A stretch of 64,000 bases of DNA from Minisyncoccota bacterium (GCA_036517335.1 DATDWX010000006.1:1279-65278), one strand, 5' to 3'. Counted from the first letter of the stretch, positions 27,569 to 40,113 are shown. Made by a program: numbers and translations. The notes: a model not told the origin generated them from the letters alone.

Positions 27569-27639
27569 GCGGGATTAGTTTAGTGGTAGGACGACTGCTT
27601 CCCAAGCAGTAAGCGCGAGTTCGATTCTCGCATCCCGCA
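27569..27639 (+). tRNA. tRNA-Gly (anticodon CCC)
   Basis: Acceptor gcgggat/atcccgc, anticodon stem actgc/gcagt, loop ttCCCaa, T-loop gttcgattc. Confidence 0.85.
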
Positions 27640-27640
27640 T

Positions 27641-28758
27641 ATGTTTTTAAAAGAAAAGGAAACAGTCGAAAAGATACTCTATAAGGTTGGAGTTGAGATA
27701 AATGGTAGGGAGGCGTGGGATATTCAAGTACATAACGAAAGATTGTATAGACGCGTTTTGGCGCAGGGTTCACTGGGACTGGGCGAAGCGTACATGGAAA
27801 AGTGGTGGGACTGTGAGCGCGTCGATTTATTTATTGAGAAACTGTTGCGTTCAGGAAAATATGCTAACGAAATAAACCTGCCACTCATCCTGCTCGGCAT
27901 CAAAGCTCGCCTCTTAAATCTCCAATCGAGGACAGGAGCCCGGAAAGTCATCGAGAAGCACTACGACCTCAGTAACGAGTTATACATGTCTTTTTTGGAT
28001 CCCTATAACCAATACACATGTGGATTTTTTCAAGAAACCAGCGACCTCGACGAAGCCCAAGTAAAGAAACTTGAGCTTATCTGCAAGAAACTTCAATTAA
28101 AGGAAACCGACAGAGTTCTTGATATTGGATGCGGCTGGGGGGGTTCGCCAAATACGCTGCGGAACATTACGGATGCAAGGTAGTAGGGATTACTATTTCT
28201 GATGAGCAAATTAAGTATGCGCAAAAATATGTAGCAGGATTACCTGTAGATATCCGCAAGCAAGATTACAGAGACTTATCGGATGAGAAGTTCGACAAGA
28301 TAACCATGATTGGAATGATTGAGCATGTCGGTTATAAAAATTATAGAAAGGTAATGGAGGTGGTAGGTGGATGTTTGGCAGACAACGGACTTTTTCTTTT
28401 GCATACGATCGGCCAAAATATATCTTCAACGACAGGAAACCCTTGGTCAGATAGATACATCTTTCCCAACGGCATGCTTCCATCCATTAAGCAACTGGGG
28501 CAAGCAAGTGAGGGGCTATTCGTCATGGAGGATTGGCACAACTTTGGCCCCTACTACGCTGATACATTGCTAGCATGGGATGCCAATTTCCAGAAGAACT
28601 GGCCGACAATACAGGAGCAGTATTCGGAAACTTTCTACCGCATATTCAGGTATTATTTCAATAGTTTTGCTGGAGCCTTTAAGGCAAGGCACATTCAGTT
28701 GTGGCAAATTGTTTTTAGCAAAGGGGCAAGCAACCATGTCTATGAGCGCGTGAGGTAG
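27641..28758 (+). pseudogene. cfa: Cyclopropane-fatty-acyl-phospholipid synthase, interrupted by a frameshift in a G7 homopolymer (split into ORFs 27641..28183 and 28129..28758)
   Basis: The first ORF ends ...VLDIGCGWGG. The second continues FAKYAAEHYGCKVVGITIS... in another frame. One extra G in ctggggggg (about 28133-28141) would fuse them into an intact CFA synthase. Confidence 0.7.
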
Positions 28759-28828
28759 GACAAATGGGCCATTGCAAGAAAATGAGTATGATATACTAAC
28801 CATCCTTAATTACTAAACGCACATTCTT

Positions 28829-29071
28829 ATGGCTGCACAAAAAGAGGTTAGCATTTACACCACCCCCACCTGCCACTTTTGTCATGCGGCCAAAGAGTTT
28901 TTCGGCGAGCACGGCGTGAAGTATAGCGAATACAATGTGGCGACCGACCTCGAAAAACGCAAAGAGATGATCACCAAGAGCGGGCAGATGGGCGTACCGG
29001 TCATCTACGTGGGCGATGATCTAGTCGTCGGCTTCGACGAGTCGAGGTTGAAGGAATTGCTTGCTGTCTAG
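28829..29071 (+). CDS. Glutaredoxin-like protein (NrdH/YruB-type)
   Basis: 80 aa with the CHFC active site (TPTCHFCHAAKEFF) and a glutaredoxin fold (GVPVIYVGDDLVVGFD). Confidence 0.8.
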   Translation: MAAQKEVSIYTTPTCHFCHAAKEFFGEHGVKYSEYNVATDLEKRKEMITKSGQMGVPVIYVGDDLVVGFDESRLKELLAV

Positions 29072-29105
29072 GCATTGTCGTGCAGGCGCGCTAAAGTATT
29101 TCTGC

Positions 29106-29177
29106 GCCTCCGTAGCTCAATGGATAGAGCAATCCCGTCCTAAGGGAGAGATGTGGGTCCGATTCCTGCCGGGGGCA
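29106..29177 (+). tRNA. tRNA-Arg (anticodon CCU)
   Basis: Acceptor gcctccg/cgggggc (one G-U pair), D-stem gctc/gagc, anticodon loop gtCCTaa. Confidence 0.7.
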
Positions 29178-29197
29178 TGAAATAGATGTGGTAAAAT

Positions 29198-29527
29198 TTG
29201 CCTATGCCCCCGACCTCTCATCAGCCTCTGCTCGAAGAGATCCACCGCCTCACGCAGGATAATAATCGCTTGCTCCACAAATTGCGCCGCGGCGCGATCT
29301 GGGGGAGGTTGTTCACCCTCCTGTTCTACGCTGCACTCCTCTTGGCGCCGATCTGGTTCTACCTCACGTATCTCAATGGCACCGTCCAACAGCTCCTCCA
29401 GGCTTATCAGAAGGCGCAGGGAACAGGCCAGCAAGCGCAGGGTCAGTTCCAGGCTTTCCAGCAGGCATTCAACGATTTTCGCTCCAAAATTCCAGGCATG
29501 GGAGCAACCTCCTCGCCACCGCAATAG
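29198..29527 (+). CDS. Hypothetical small membrane protein with a Gln-rich C-terminus
   Basis: 109-aa ORF between tRNA-Arg and tRNA-Phe. Confidence 0.3.
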   Translation: MPMPPTSHQPLLEEIHRLTQDNNRLLHKLRRGAIWGRLFTLLFYAALLLAPIWFYLTYLNGTVQQLLQAYQKAQGTGQQAQGQFQAFQQAFNDFRSKIPGMGATSSPPQ

Positions 29528-29567
29528 CATAGAAGCGAGATTGCGTTTGTGTTAAAGTGGCGGCATT

Positions 29568-29641
29568 GCCCAGATAGCTCAGGTAGTTAGAGCATCCGCC
29601 TGAAGAGCGGGGGGTGGTCAGTGCAAGTCTGACTCTGGGCA
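29568..29641 (+). tRNA. tRNA-Phe (anticodon GAA); the T-loop is atypical (G at position 55)
   Basis: Acceptor gcccaga/tctgggc, D-stem gctc/gagc, anticodon loop ctGAAga, T-arm gtcag-tgcaagt-ctgac. Confidence 0.55.
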
Positions 29642-29687
29642 CACATTCCTTGCCTCACGGCGTGATTCGTGCGAAAAATAGGGCGAC

Positions 29688-29759
29688 GGCCTCATCGTCT
29701 AGCGGCTAGGACACAAGCTTCTCAAGCTTGGAACCGGGGTTCGATTCCCCGTGAGGTCA
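29688..29759 (+). tRNA. tRNA-Glu (anticodon CUC)
   Basis: Acceptor ggcctca/tgaggtc, anticodon stem caagc/gcttg with loop ttCTCaa, T-loop ggttcgattcc. Confidence 0.8.
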
Positions 29760-29765
29760 AAAAAT

Positions 29766-30254
29766 ATGAATCTATCCGATAGAAAATTAAGACGGAGCGC
29801 CGAGCATGTTTGCTATGAAATCTCAATGCTTCATTTTACAACACAGTACATGTCGGAAATTCCCTCGCACGCGCTGTCCGTAAATCGATATCTGCCGAAT
29901 GCATTATTGGAATCATGGTGTGTACATTTAAGAAACTTATTAGATTTTTTCTATACACAGGCAGCAGAAAGATACAACGATGACATGGTTGCAGAAGATT
30001 ACGTTTCTGATTTAAGACAGTTTAAGCGCCAGCGAGCAAAGGTAAAACTGCCAGCCCTTAAAAAGCGGATAGCCAAACAAATTGCCCACCTGACGTATCA
30101 TCGCAATGTATACAACAAGAAAACCAAGCCGTGGCACTATCGAGACATATACGGAAAGCTCAAACCGACGATTAGTGCTTTCTATGACGCATTGCCAGAC
30201 CACCGAAAAAAATGGCCTCACTTTGTTCAGTTAAAGAGGATGATAGATGCCTAA
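29766..30254 (+). CDS. Hypothetical protein in an AT-rich segment immediately downstream of tRNA-Glu
   Basis: About 163-aa ORF with markedly lower GC than its neighbours; no recognisable motif. Confidence 0.4.
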   Translation: MNLSDRKLRRSAEHVCYEISMLHFTTQYMSEIPSHALSVNRYLPNALLESWCVHLRNLLDFFYTQAAERYNDDMVAEDYVSDLRQFKRQRAKVKLPALKKRIAKQIAHLTYHRNVYNKKTKPWHYRDIYGKLKPTISAFYDALPDHRKKWPHFVQLKRMIDA

Positions 30255-30760
30255 ATCAACTTGATCGGGGATATAATGCTCGTGTGAAAGCCCCCCAACA
30301 ATCCCAAGATTTTCCCGACAGCTTCTATCGCGTTTCGGTGAAGGGCTTGTATGTGCGCGAGGGGAAGATTTTGCTTTGCGAGGATTGGACAGCCAACAAT
30401 TTATTCAAGGGGGAAAAAGCCGCTTGGGAATTGCCTGGGGGTGGTTTGGATTTTGGCGAGACACCGCAAGAAGGTATCAAGAGGGAAGTGCGAGAGGAGA
30501 TGGGGGTGGAAGTGGCATGGATCGCTGACAAGCCGACCTATGCGTGGACCCGCAGGCGAGAGCACTCGCGCGGGATGGATTGGTTCTATTCGATAATCAT
30601 CGCGTATCGTTTTGAGTTGAGGGACCTGAACATCACCCCGAGTGAGGAGTGTCGCTCTATCAAGTTTTTCACACAAGAGGAGCTCAAGGTCGAACCCGAC
30701 CTCAACAGCCAAACGGAAGCGTTTCGGGACATTTTCAACCCTGCCGATTTTAAGGAGTGA
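30212..30760 (+). CDS. NUDIX hydrolase
   Basis: Nudix box GGGLDFGETPQEGIKREVREEMGV (Gx5Ex7REUxEExGU). Confidence 0.75.
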   Translation: MASLCSVKEDDRCLNQLDRGYNARVKAPQQSQDFPDSFYRVSVKGLYVREGKILLCEDWTANNLFKGEKAAWELPGGGLDFGETPQEGIKREVREEMGVEVAWIADKPTYAWTRRREHSRGMDWFYSIIIAYRFELRDLNITPSEECRSIKFFTQEELKVEPDLNSQTEAFRDIFNPADFKE

Positions 30761-30902
30761 ATACTGGAGGAACTGGACTGTTGGTTTTGAGTTGTGTATC
30801 TTTTTGGGGAAAAAAGTTCCGAAACCTGGCAAGACCCTCTCGTATTTAAAGTGGTGTGGCCCGCCTCACAGGGAGGCGGGCGCACGTGGCGGGAGAACAG
30901 CG

Positions 30903-31427
30903 TCAATCGAGCGACAATTGCGAGACGTACCATCTGCTGTTCTCACTGCCCCTCCTGTTCTTGTAGCTGACCCGCTGACCTTCAACGAGATCCTGGAGAC
31001 CAGCCCTCTCCAGCGTTGAAAGTGGTACAAAAACATCAGCACCACCTGACATTGGCCGTATAAATCCGTAGCCCTTATCTACCCGGAACCATTGGACGAC
31101 GCCGTGCTGCCACTCCACCAAAGCAGCGCGCGGATCTTCTAGCATGATCCGCAGGTTCACAGCCGACGATTTGTTTCCGACGATTTCGATCTCGTATTCA
31201 ACGGGAAGGCCTTCGGCCAAGGTCGACAGCCCCAAAGGTGTAACAGCAGTCCAGTGAAGGAAAAGGTCCTTCTCCCCAGAGTCCGGTATTATAAATCCGT
31301 ACCCTTTATCGGGATTGAACCATTTTACGATACCGCACCAACGGCCGGGTGATTGAGTAGCAAGCACAGCAGACCTCCTCAACGTGAAGCGAGTGTGATT
31401 GGGCAGTGTTCTGAAAGAACCCCCCAC
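30903..31427 (-). CDS. Tandem cold-shock domain protein (two CspA-like domains)
   Basis: GIVKWFNPDKGYGFIIPDSGEKDLFLH and GVVQWFRVDKGYGFIRPMSGGADVFV: two RNP1-containing cold-shock domains in one 174-aa ORF. Confidence 0.8.
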   Translation of the reverse strand: MGGSFRTLPNHTRFTLRRSAVLATQSPGRWCGIVKWFNPDKGYGFIIPDSGEKDLFLHWTAVTPLGLSTLAEGLPVEYEIEIVGNKSSAVNLRIMLEDPRAALVEWQHGVVQWFRVDKGYGFIRPMSGGADVFVPLSTLERAGLQDLVEGQRVSYKNRRGSENSRWYVSQLSLD

Positions 31428-31519
31428 TCTCCAGCTATGGCCGAATGCTCATGCTTGAGCACGCGACTGACAAGAGAGAAGGATGGGCATAGTAGCACGC
31501 AGCAGAGGAACACTGAAAC

Positions 31520-32089
31520 ATGAGGGCCGCCGCGATGATAGAATACGGCGAAGCCATGGATGCAATGCCGATGTCGGTCATTCTCGTTATTGCGGTTGCG
31601 ACCGTCTTTTTGTCGGTTGCGGTGGGGCTCACCTATGGGGTGCGGAGCAAGTTCGTGCGCACGCGCTTCATCATGACGGGCTTTTTTATCTACATCGTCT
31701 TTACGCTGACCGCATCATTCTGGCAATTCGCCCTTGCCACGCTCCCATACACCATCCCCGCGGCGCTGCTGGGGGTAGCGATCGGTTACTTCGTGGGCGT
31801 GCGAGCCGCGAGTGAAAAGCTGAAGATGCAAGGGGTGCAATACTATATGGAGCACTTTGCGCACGTGCACATACACGAGGTCAAAGCGCTCAATTGGTGG
31901 AGCCTCATTAATTATTATTCGGTCATGGGCGTGCTCGTGCTGATCAATTTAGTGGGGTTGAGTAACGTCATTTTCGACGGGTCGCGGCTCTGGGCCATCA
32001 TCACCAGTACGGTGGGGGCGCTCTTGATAGGGTCTATCGTCCCGTACCTCATACACTTGTGGAGTATCAGAGCTACAGGAATGCATTAA
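31520..32089 (+). CDS. Hypothetical membrane protein (5-6 TM)
   Basis: 189-aa hydrophobic ORF. Confidence 0.4.
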   Translation: MRAAAMIEYGEAMDAMPMSVILVIAVATVFLSVAVGLTYGVRSKFVRTRFIMTGFFIYIVFTLTASFWQFALATLPYTIPAALLGVAIGYFVGVRAASEKLKMQGVQYYMEHFAHVHIHEVKALNWWSLINYYSVMGVLVLINLVGLSNVIFDGSRLWAIITSTVGALLIGSIVPYLIHLWSIRATGMH

Positions 32090-32921
32090 ATCCTACAAGG
32101 GAAAGAGCAAAGGATACGAGCACTATCACAACAAGCGAGAAGAGAAACATCCGCCGCGCCCAGCGCCCGCTGCTTGCCGTCCAAAACCCAAGTATGGCGT
32201 ACAGAAGCCACAGGAGCGAAACGCCGAGGATGACAAAGCCCGCGCGCGGTGCGACAGGAATGACGAGCATAGAGAAGGCGGCGGCGAATGCTCCGATAAA
32301 GAGTACAATCTCTACTTTCGTGCGGACGAGTCCTTTTTGGAGCGGCAGTACCGGAATGCCTGCTACGGCGTATTCCTTTGCTCGATAGATCGAGATGGCA
32401 TAAAAGTGCGCCATCTGCCAGAAGACAAGGATGGCGTAGAGGAGGAGTGCAGAAGTATCGAGGGCACCCGAAACAGCTGTGTAGCCCACGACCGGTGGCA
32501 CAGCGCCCGCGAGCGCTCCCGCATAGGTGAAATAAACAGTGCGACGTTTTGCAAGCGTGTAAACGATAAGGTACATGCAGTACCCAAAGAGGAGCACACC
32601 GAGCGCCACCAGATTCGTCGCAAAGAAAAGCACCAGCGTACCGGCCAGCCCAAGTATCGAGCCGAAAATCGCCGCATGTCTTACCGAAATACGGCCTGAA
32701 GGTATTTCGCGCTCCTTCGTTCTTTCCATTCGCGCATCTATATCACGGTCAAGAATGTTGTTGATGACACACGCGCTCGCAGTGACCAGTGCAAAGCCAA
32801 TGAGCGTGTAGAACATAAGCAGCCAGTCGATCGAATCACGCGATGCAAAGAGAAATCCGGCGGCTGCGGTGATCGTATTGCCGTAGATGATGCCAGGCTT
32901 TGTGAGATTGTAGTAGTGCAT
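32073..32921 (-). CDS. cyoE: Protoheme IX farnesyltransferase (heme O synthase)
   Basis: UbiA-family blocks (NxxxDxxIDxxMxRT: NNILDRDIDARMERT) and 8-9 TM segments. Start set at MHYYNLTKPGI; the longer upstream ORF is rejected. Confidence 0.85.
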   Translation of the reverse strand: MHYYNLTKPGIIYGNTITAAAGFLFASRDSIDWLLMFYTLIGFALVTASACVINNILDRDIDARMERTKEREIPSGRISVRHAAIFGSILGLAGTLVLFFATNLVALGVLLFGYCMYLIVYTLAKRRTVYFTYAGALAGAVPPVVGYTAVSGALDTSALLLYAILVFWQMAHFYAISIYRAKEYAVAGIPVLPLQKGLVRTKVEIVLFIGAFAAAFSMLVIPVAPRAGFVILGVSLLWLLYAILGFWTASSGRWARRMFLFSLVVIVLVSFALSLVGFNAFL

Positions 32922-32938
32922 GCGAAGTGTTTGCGCCG

Positions 32939-33342
32939 TTAGTCGGCCTGCGTGGATGGAGAAATGACACCGCCGATATACATTTCCTCCACTGAAGTGT
33001 GCGTGAGGTTGCTCATGATCCACAGCGATCCCCCCACTACGATCACGACGATGAGGACGGCGAAGGCAAGCACCGTCGCATTCCAACCCGACTGTGAGCC
33101 CTTACCAAGATGGAGGAAGAAGATGAGCTGCGCCATGAGCTGCGCTATTGCGAGGACTAAAATGACGAGAATCAGCATCCCGTGCGGGAGGATCTCGTGG
33201 TGGGTAACGAGGTCCCACTGCACGAGGCCAAAGGCTAATCCAGTACACAGTATAGAAAATAAGAAACCAAAGATGTATGAGTGGATCGATCCATACGCAG
33301 ACTCGGCTCGCGCGTGAGGGGTGTTGTGATAATCGGTGCGCA
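32939..33342 (-). CDS. cyoD: Cytochrome o ubiquinol oxidase subunit IV
   Basis: 134-aa 3-TM protein (MRTDYHNTPHA...SYIFGFLFSILCTGLAFGLV...) downstream of cyoC. The longer listed ORF overlaps cyoC and is rejected. Confidence 0.7.
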
Positions 33343-33348
33343 TAGAAC

Positions 33349-33915
33349 TCACAAAAGTGCGAATAAATAGACGAACGTAAAAATAAAGATCCACACGATA
33401 TCGAGAAAGTGCCAGAACAAAGTCAAACACATGAGCTTGCTTCTGGTACCAGGAGTGAGCCCTTTGTAGAGGAGGTGAAAGAGGAGCACTAGCATCCAAA
33501 GTGAACCAAGAAAGATGTGAAGCCCATGCGTCCCCACGAGCGTGAAGAATGACGAGAGGAACGCGCTCTGCTGCCACCCGTGACCTTCGCGCACGAACTG
33601 CGCGAATTCGCTCACCTCCATTGCGAGAAAGGCACACCCGAGCGCGAATGTCGCAAGCAGGAGAATGATGACTTCTTTTTTCTTCTTGTGATGTGCAGCG
33701 AGCATCGCGAGCCCGATCGTGGCGCTCGACACGAGCAGAATGATGGTCTCGGCGAGCACAAAGGGGAGGCTGAAGAGTTCTGCCCCGGAAGGCCCGCCAA
33801 AGGTTTCCCCACGCAAGACCGCATAGGTAGCAAACAACGCCGCGAATAAGACACAGTCGCTCATCAGGTACACCCAAAACCCGAATGGCACCCTGTCGTT
33901 CGTGTGTTCGTTCAT
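33349..33915 (-). CDS. cyoC: Cytochrome o ubiquinol oxidase subunit III
   Basis: 188 aa with 5 TM segments and the conserved subunit III blocks ([37 protein letters not shown]). Confidence 0.9.
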   Translation of the reverse strand: MNEHTNDRVPFGFWVYLMSDCVLFAALFATYAVLRGETFGGPSGAELFSLPFVLAETIILLVSSATIGLAMLAAHHKKKKEVIILLLATFALGCAFLAMEVSEFAQFVREGHGWQQSAFLSSFFTLVGTHGLHIFLGSLWMLVLLFHLLYKGLTPGTRSKLMCLTLFWHFLDIVWIFIFTFVYLFALL

Positions 33916-35870
33916 ACGAGTTTACGCAGTCCGTGTTCGATCCGCGCTATTTCTGCCGCGGGCACCGTGTACTCGATATCCTCCCCGAAAGAGCGCGCGA
34001 CGACACATATGAAGATCGCAAGAAGCGCCAGCACTACGAGCCACCATATGTGCCAGACCATAGCAAAGCCGAACGCAAAACTACACGCTGCGATAATGAA
34101 GCCCATTCCCGTATTTTTCGGCATCACAATGTCTTCGTATTGTGTGCTCGCATGATTGAGGCCCGCTTGCTTCATTATCCAGAAGGCGTCGCGTCCCGCT
34201 ATGCGCGGAATGATAGCGAAATTGTAAAAAGGCACCGGCGAAGGCGTGGACCACTCAAGCGTACGACCATTCCACGAATCTCTGGGCGCAACATTGTGGT
34301 GGCGCTGGATAATACTCACGATGAGTTGCAGCGCTTGGAAGGCGAGCGCGAGCGCGATGATGCACGCGCCGATCGCAGCCACAACGAGTAGCGAATGCCA
34401 TTCGGTGGACGTGCCTATGGAAGAGAGCCGTCGCGTCATGCCCATGATGCCGAGAATATAGAGCGGGATAAATGCCGTGCAGAAGCCAACAAGCCACAAC
34501 CAAAAGGCCCATTTACCAAGCCGCTCGTTGAGGGTGAAGCCAAAGATCTTCGGGAACCAATACGTGAGGCCGGCAAAAAAACCAAAGAGCACACCGCCGA
34601 TGATCATGTTGTGGAAGTGAGCGACGAGAAAGAGGCTGTTATGAAATTGAAAATCCACACCCGGCACCGACATAAGAACGCCGCTCATTCCACCCAGCAT
34701 GAAGGTCGTGATGAATCCCAAGAACCACAGCATCGGCGTAGGAAATACGATGCGGCCGCGGAACATCGTAAAGAGCCAATTGAATACCTTGACGCCAGTG
34801 GGGATAGCGATCGCCATTGTGGCGATGCCGAAAAAAGCATTTACATCCGCCCCCGCGCCCATCGTGAAGAAGTGATGCAACCACACGAGGAATGACATCA
34901 CAACGATAAGCAAGGTCGCGATCACCATCGAGACGTACCCGAACAACTTTTTTTGCGCAAACACAGGCACGATCTCCGAAAAGATCCCGAAGGCAGGTAG
35001 AATGAGTATATAGACTTCCGGATGTCCCCACGCCCAAATGAGATTCACGTACATCATCGCGTTTCCCCCAAGGTCGGTTGTAAAAAAGTGCATGCCCATC
35101 GTGCGGTCCAGTGAGAGGAGCGCCAAGGTCGCGGTAAGGATGGGGAATGCAAAAATGACGAGCGCCATCGAGCCAAGAGATGTCCATACAAAGATCGGCA
35201 TACGCATCAGCTTCATACCAGGGGCGCGCATCTTGATGATGGTCACGAGGAAGTTGATACCAGAGAGTAGGGTGCCGACGCCGGCTATCTGCAAGGCCCA
35301 GATATAATAATCAACGCCGACACCAGGACTGTATTGCAATTCCGAGAGCGGCGGATAGCCGAGCCAGCCCGTAGCCGCAAATTGTCCTACGACGAGCGAG
35401 CAGTTGATGAGCATGGCACCAGCCGCCGTGAGCCAGAAGCTCATTGAGTTGAGAAAGGGAAAGGCGACGTCGCGCGCACCGATCTGCAGCGGTACCACAA
35501 GATTGAGAAGCCCAAACATAAGCGGCATGGCGACGAAAAAGATCATAATGACGCCGTGCGCGGTAAATATCTGCGAGAAATGCTCGCCGTTCAAAAAACC
35601 GACGTTGTCGCCTACCGCAACTGCTTGCTGGCCGCGCAGCATGAGCGCATCAATGAATCCGCGCGCGACCATTGCGAGCGACAGCAGAATATACATGATG
35701 CCTATTCTTTTTGCGTCCACCGTGGTGATCCACTCATCCCAAAGCCATCGCCAGCGTTTGAAATAAAAGAGTGCAATGATAACAGCGGATGCGCTTCCCA
35801 ATACGACCAGTTGCCCGATCGTCTCTACAAGTCCATGCTTCAATGCTTCGAGTGTTAATTTTCCGAACAT
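33912..35870 (-). CDS. cyoB: Cytochrome o ubiquinol oxidase subunit I (heme-copper oxidase)
   Basis: 652 aa. Heme-copper oxidase subunit I blocks ([20 protein letters not shown]-like HHFFTMG, His ligands). Confidence 0.95.
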   Translation of the reverse strand: MFGKLTLEALKHGLVETIGQLVVLGSASAVIIALFYFKRWRWLWDEWITTVDAKRIGIMYILLSLAMVARGFIDALMLRGQQAVAVGDNVGFLNGEHFSQIFTAHGVIMIFFVAMPLMFGLLNLVVPLQIGARDVAFPFLNSMSFWLTAAGAMLINCSLVVGQFAATGWLGYPPLSELQYSPGVGVDYYIWALQIAGVGTLLSGINFLVTIIKMRAPGMKLMRMPIFVWTSLGSMALVIFAFPILTATLALLSLDRTMGMHFFTTDLGGNAMMYVNLIWAWGHPEVYILILPAFGIFSEIVPVFAQKKLFGYVSMVIATLLIVVMSFLVWLHHFFTMGAGADVNAFFGIATMAIAIPTGVKVFNWLFTMFRGRIVFPTPMLWFLGFITTFMLGGMSGVLMSVPGVDFQFHNSLFLVAHFHNMIIGGVLFGFFAGLTYWFPKIFGFTLNERLGKWAFWLWLVGFCTAFIPLYILGIMGMTRRLSSIGTSTEWHSLLVVAAIGACIIALALAFQALQLIVSIIQRHHNVAPRDSWNGRTLEWSTPSPVPFYNFAIIPRIAGRDAFWIMKQAGLNHASTQYEDIVMPKNTGMGFIIAACSFAFGFAMVWHIWWLVVLALLAIFICVVARSFGEDIEYTVPAAEIARIEHGLRKLV

Positions 35871-35874
35871 AGAT

Positions 35875-36825
35875 CTATTCCTCCCGAGGCGCCTGCCCGT
35901 ACTGAAGTACGTTCGGGCGGGGATCCGCCTCCCTAGGAATTCCGTGCATGGGCATCCCGCGGGAGGGCTGCATAAATTTCATCAAGATCGTAGTATAAAG
36001 GTTGTCTTCCACCGTTCCATAAAAGCTCGGCGGATCTGCAGTGCTTGGATCTGCAAGCGAAGAGTATTCGTGAAGCGTGAGCGTACCTGAAGAAGTTTGC
36101 ACACCACGCACCCAGGCATCGAATGCATCCTCTGAAGTGGCGATGACCTTGAATTTCATCTGCGCAAATCCGTCGCCACTATAATTGGCCGAGCCGCCCG
36201 CGTACGTGCCCGCTTTGCTTGCAACGAGGTGGAGCTTGGTAGACATGCCAGCCATCGCATATATTTGTCCCCCAAGCTGCGGGATCCAGAATGAATTCAT
36301 CGGTGCGTCGGAGGTGATATGAAATTCGACGGGTCGGTCAATGGGCAGCGCTAAGAAATTGACCGTCGCGATGTGCTGCTCCGGATAGATAAACAACCAC
36401 TTCCACTGCAAAGCGACCACTTGAACAGTGAGTGGATGCCCGAGGACAGCGAGCTTTTTGTATGGATCGAGCTCGTGTGTACTCGTCCACGTCAGGGCGC
36501 CGAGCACCAGCACGATCTCGAAGGGAATTGCCCACCACACGAGCTCTGCCATAGCGCCGTGCTCTTCGTTCGGTGTGTACCGTGCGCCTTTGTTGCCCGC
36601 TCGATACCACCAAGCGAAAAAAAACGTAAGCGCGAGTATTGGAATGACGACTATGAGTGTAAGGAGTGTCGCCGTGATCAAAAGTGAGCGCTCTTGTGCA
36701 GCAATGAGGCCCGCCGGCTCGAGTACCGCGAATGTGTGACCTTGAAGCAGCAGTACTACAGCCAGGATCGCTCCAGCGCCAAGCGTAAAAATAATCGCAA
36801 ATATAATAGAGGGCTTCATTGGCAA
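35875..36825 (-). CDS. cyoA: Cytochrome o ubiquinol oxidase subunit II (no CuA site, quinol-oxidase type)
   Basis: 316 aa with two N-terminal TM segments and a cupredoxin-like periplasmic domain ([26 protein letters not shown]). Confidence 0.9.
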   Translation of the reverse strand: MPMKPSIIFAIIFTLGAGAILAVVLLLQGHTFAVLEPAGLIAAQERSLLITATLLTLIVVIPILALTFFFAWWYRAGNKGARYTPNEEHGAMAELVWWAIPFEIVLVLGALTWTSTHELDPYKKLAVLGHPLTVQVVALQWKWLFIYPEQHIATVNFLALPIDRPVEFHITSDAPMNSFWIPQLGGQIYAMAGMSTKLHLVASKAGTYAGGSANYSGDGFAQMKFKVIATSEDAFDAWVRGVQTSSGTLTLHEYSSLADPSTADPPSFYGTVEDNLYTTILMKFMQPSRGMPMHGIPREADPRPNVLQYGQAPREE

Positions 36826-36888
36826 ATCTAGTATATCAGCCGTCGAGCGGTCCCATGGACGGCCATCAAACTAGTGTAGAATATCCAC

Positions 36889-37146
36889 ATGCTGCTCATC
36901 ATGCACGTAGGAGTCGCGCTCGCGAGTGTGGGGTATACGGCGTATGTATTTTTCTATCCCTCCCGTACAAAGCTCTACAGCGCCTATGTCCTGATCGCAG
37001 GCACCCTCCTCACCGGCACGGTGCTCGTCGTGCAGAATCCGGCGCATTTGCCGGGGGCGTGTTCGACGGGGCTTCTTTACATCGCGGTCATGTTCGTTGG
37101 TATCGCCTCCATTCGCACCAAACTGACCCGCATTCTGTCGGAGTAG
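36889..37146 (+). CDS. Hypothetical small membrane protein
   Basis: 85-aa, 2-TM ORF in the cyoA/kinase intergenic region. Confidence 0.3.
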   Translation: MLLIMHVGVALASVGYTAYVFFYPSRTKLYSAYVLIAGTLLTGTVLVVQNPAHLPGACSTGLLYIAVMFVGIASIRTKLTRILSE

Positions 37147-37220
37147 GAGGTCTTGTAGGCGGGGCGAAATCGCCGCTTTGCAACTTCTACTTTCGGATGG
37201 ATTTGGTGTATACTTTCCCC

Positions 37221-39418
<2,198 letters not shown>

Positions 39419-39525
39419 CGTCAAAAGACACAGCTTCTTAGCGCTAAAATGAAGGTTGCATGAGGCCACATATTGGTATTGACAGCAAGCTTTGGGTATG
39501 TTAATATTGCAGACACAAGAGATTA

Positions 39526-40095
39526 GTGCTCTTGTATTACATGACACCACTTGCTATGGCCCTTATGGGGCTTTTTATTTTGCCGGGTACTGCCACGAGC
39601 TGGGCGACCGCTTCGGAGGTTCCCGAGCTACCTACTGCGCCCGCCTACGTCGTCACGATGACGGGGTACAACGCCGTCGAAGGTCAGACTGATGGCGATC
39701 CACTCACTACCGCGAGCGGCGCTTTTTCAAACCCAGACATCGTCGTTGCGAGGTCTGTGGATCTTGCCGATGAGCTGCCATTTGGCACTGTTATCGAAAT
39801 CGATCACGCAAGTACGACTTCTGATTGTGGATATTCTTCCGTCGAAGATCATATTGGCCTGCGGGTCGTAGCCGACTCGATGCACTCGCGTATGCGCAAT
39901 AAGATAGACGTGCTCTTCGGCAATGACGAAACGGTGATTCAAGGCGAAAGGCGTCGGAATGCGGCAAACGCGATAGGATTTTGCCGAGGGACCCGCATCC
40001 ACGTAGTCGGGCGTATAGATATGGCACGTATGCCAAAGACCCAACTGCAACTCGCGGCCATGATCGGTCGTGGCACATTCGCAGTCCGCAATTAG
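39526..40095 (+). CDS. Secreted 3D-domain protein (MltA/RlpA-like lytic transglycosylase fold)
   Basis: Signal peptide followed by a 3D-domain-like block (VVARSVDLADELPFGTVIEIDH...VADSMHSRMRNKIDVLF). Confidence 0.5.
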   Translation: MLLYYMTPLAMALMGLFILPGTATSWATASEVPELPTAPAYVVTMTGYNAVEGQTDGDPLTTASGAFSNPDIVVARSVDLADELPFGTVIEIDHASTTSDCGYSSVEDHIGLRVVADSMHSRMRNKIDVLFGNDETVIQGERRRNAANAIGFCRGTRIHVVGRIDMARMPKTQLQLAAMIGRGTFAVRN

Positions 40096-40113
40096 TCTTG
40101 CTATCATCGCCGC

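Noticed and set aside
32939-33877. 312-aa minus-strand ORF spanning cyoC
   Set aside because: It is a different frame overlapping the well-supported cyoC. Only its last 134 codons (32939..33342) match cytochrome o oxidase subunit IV.
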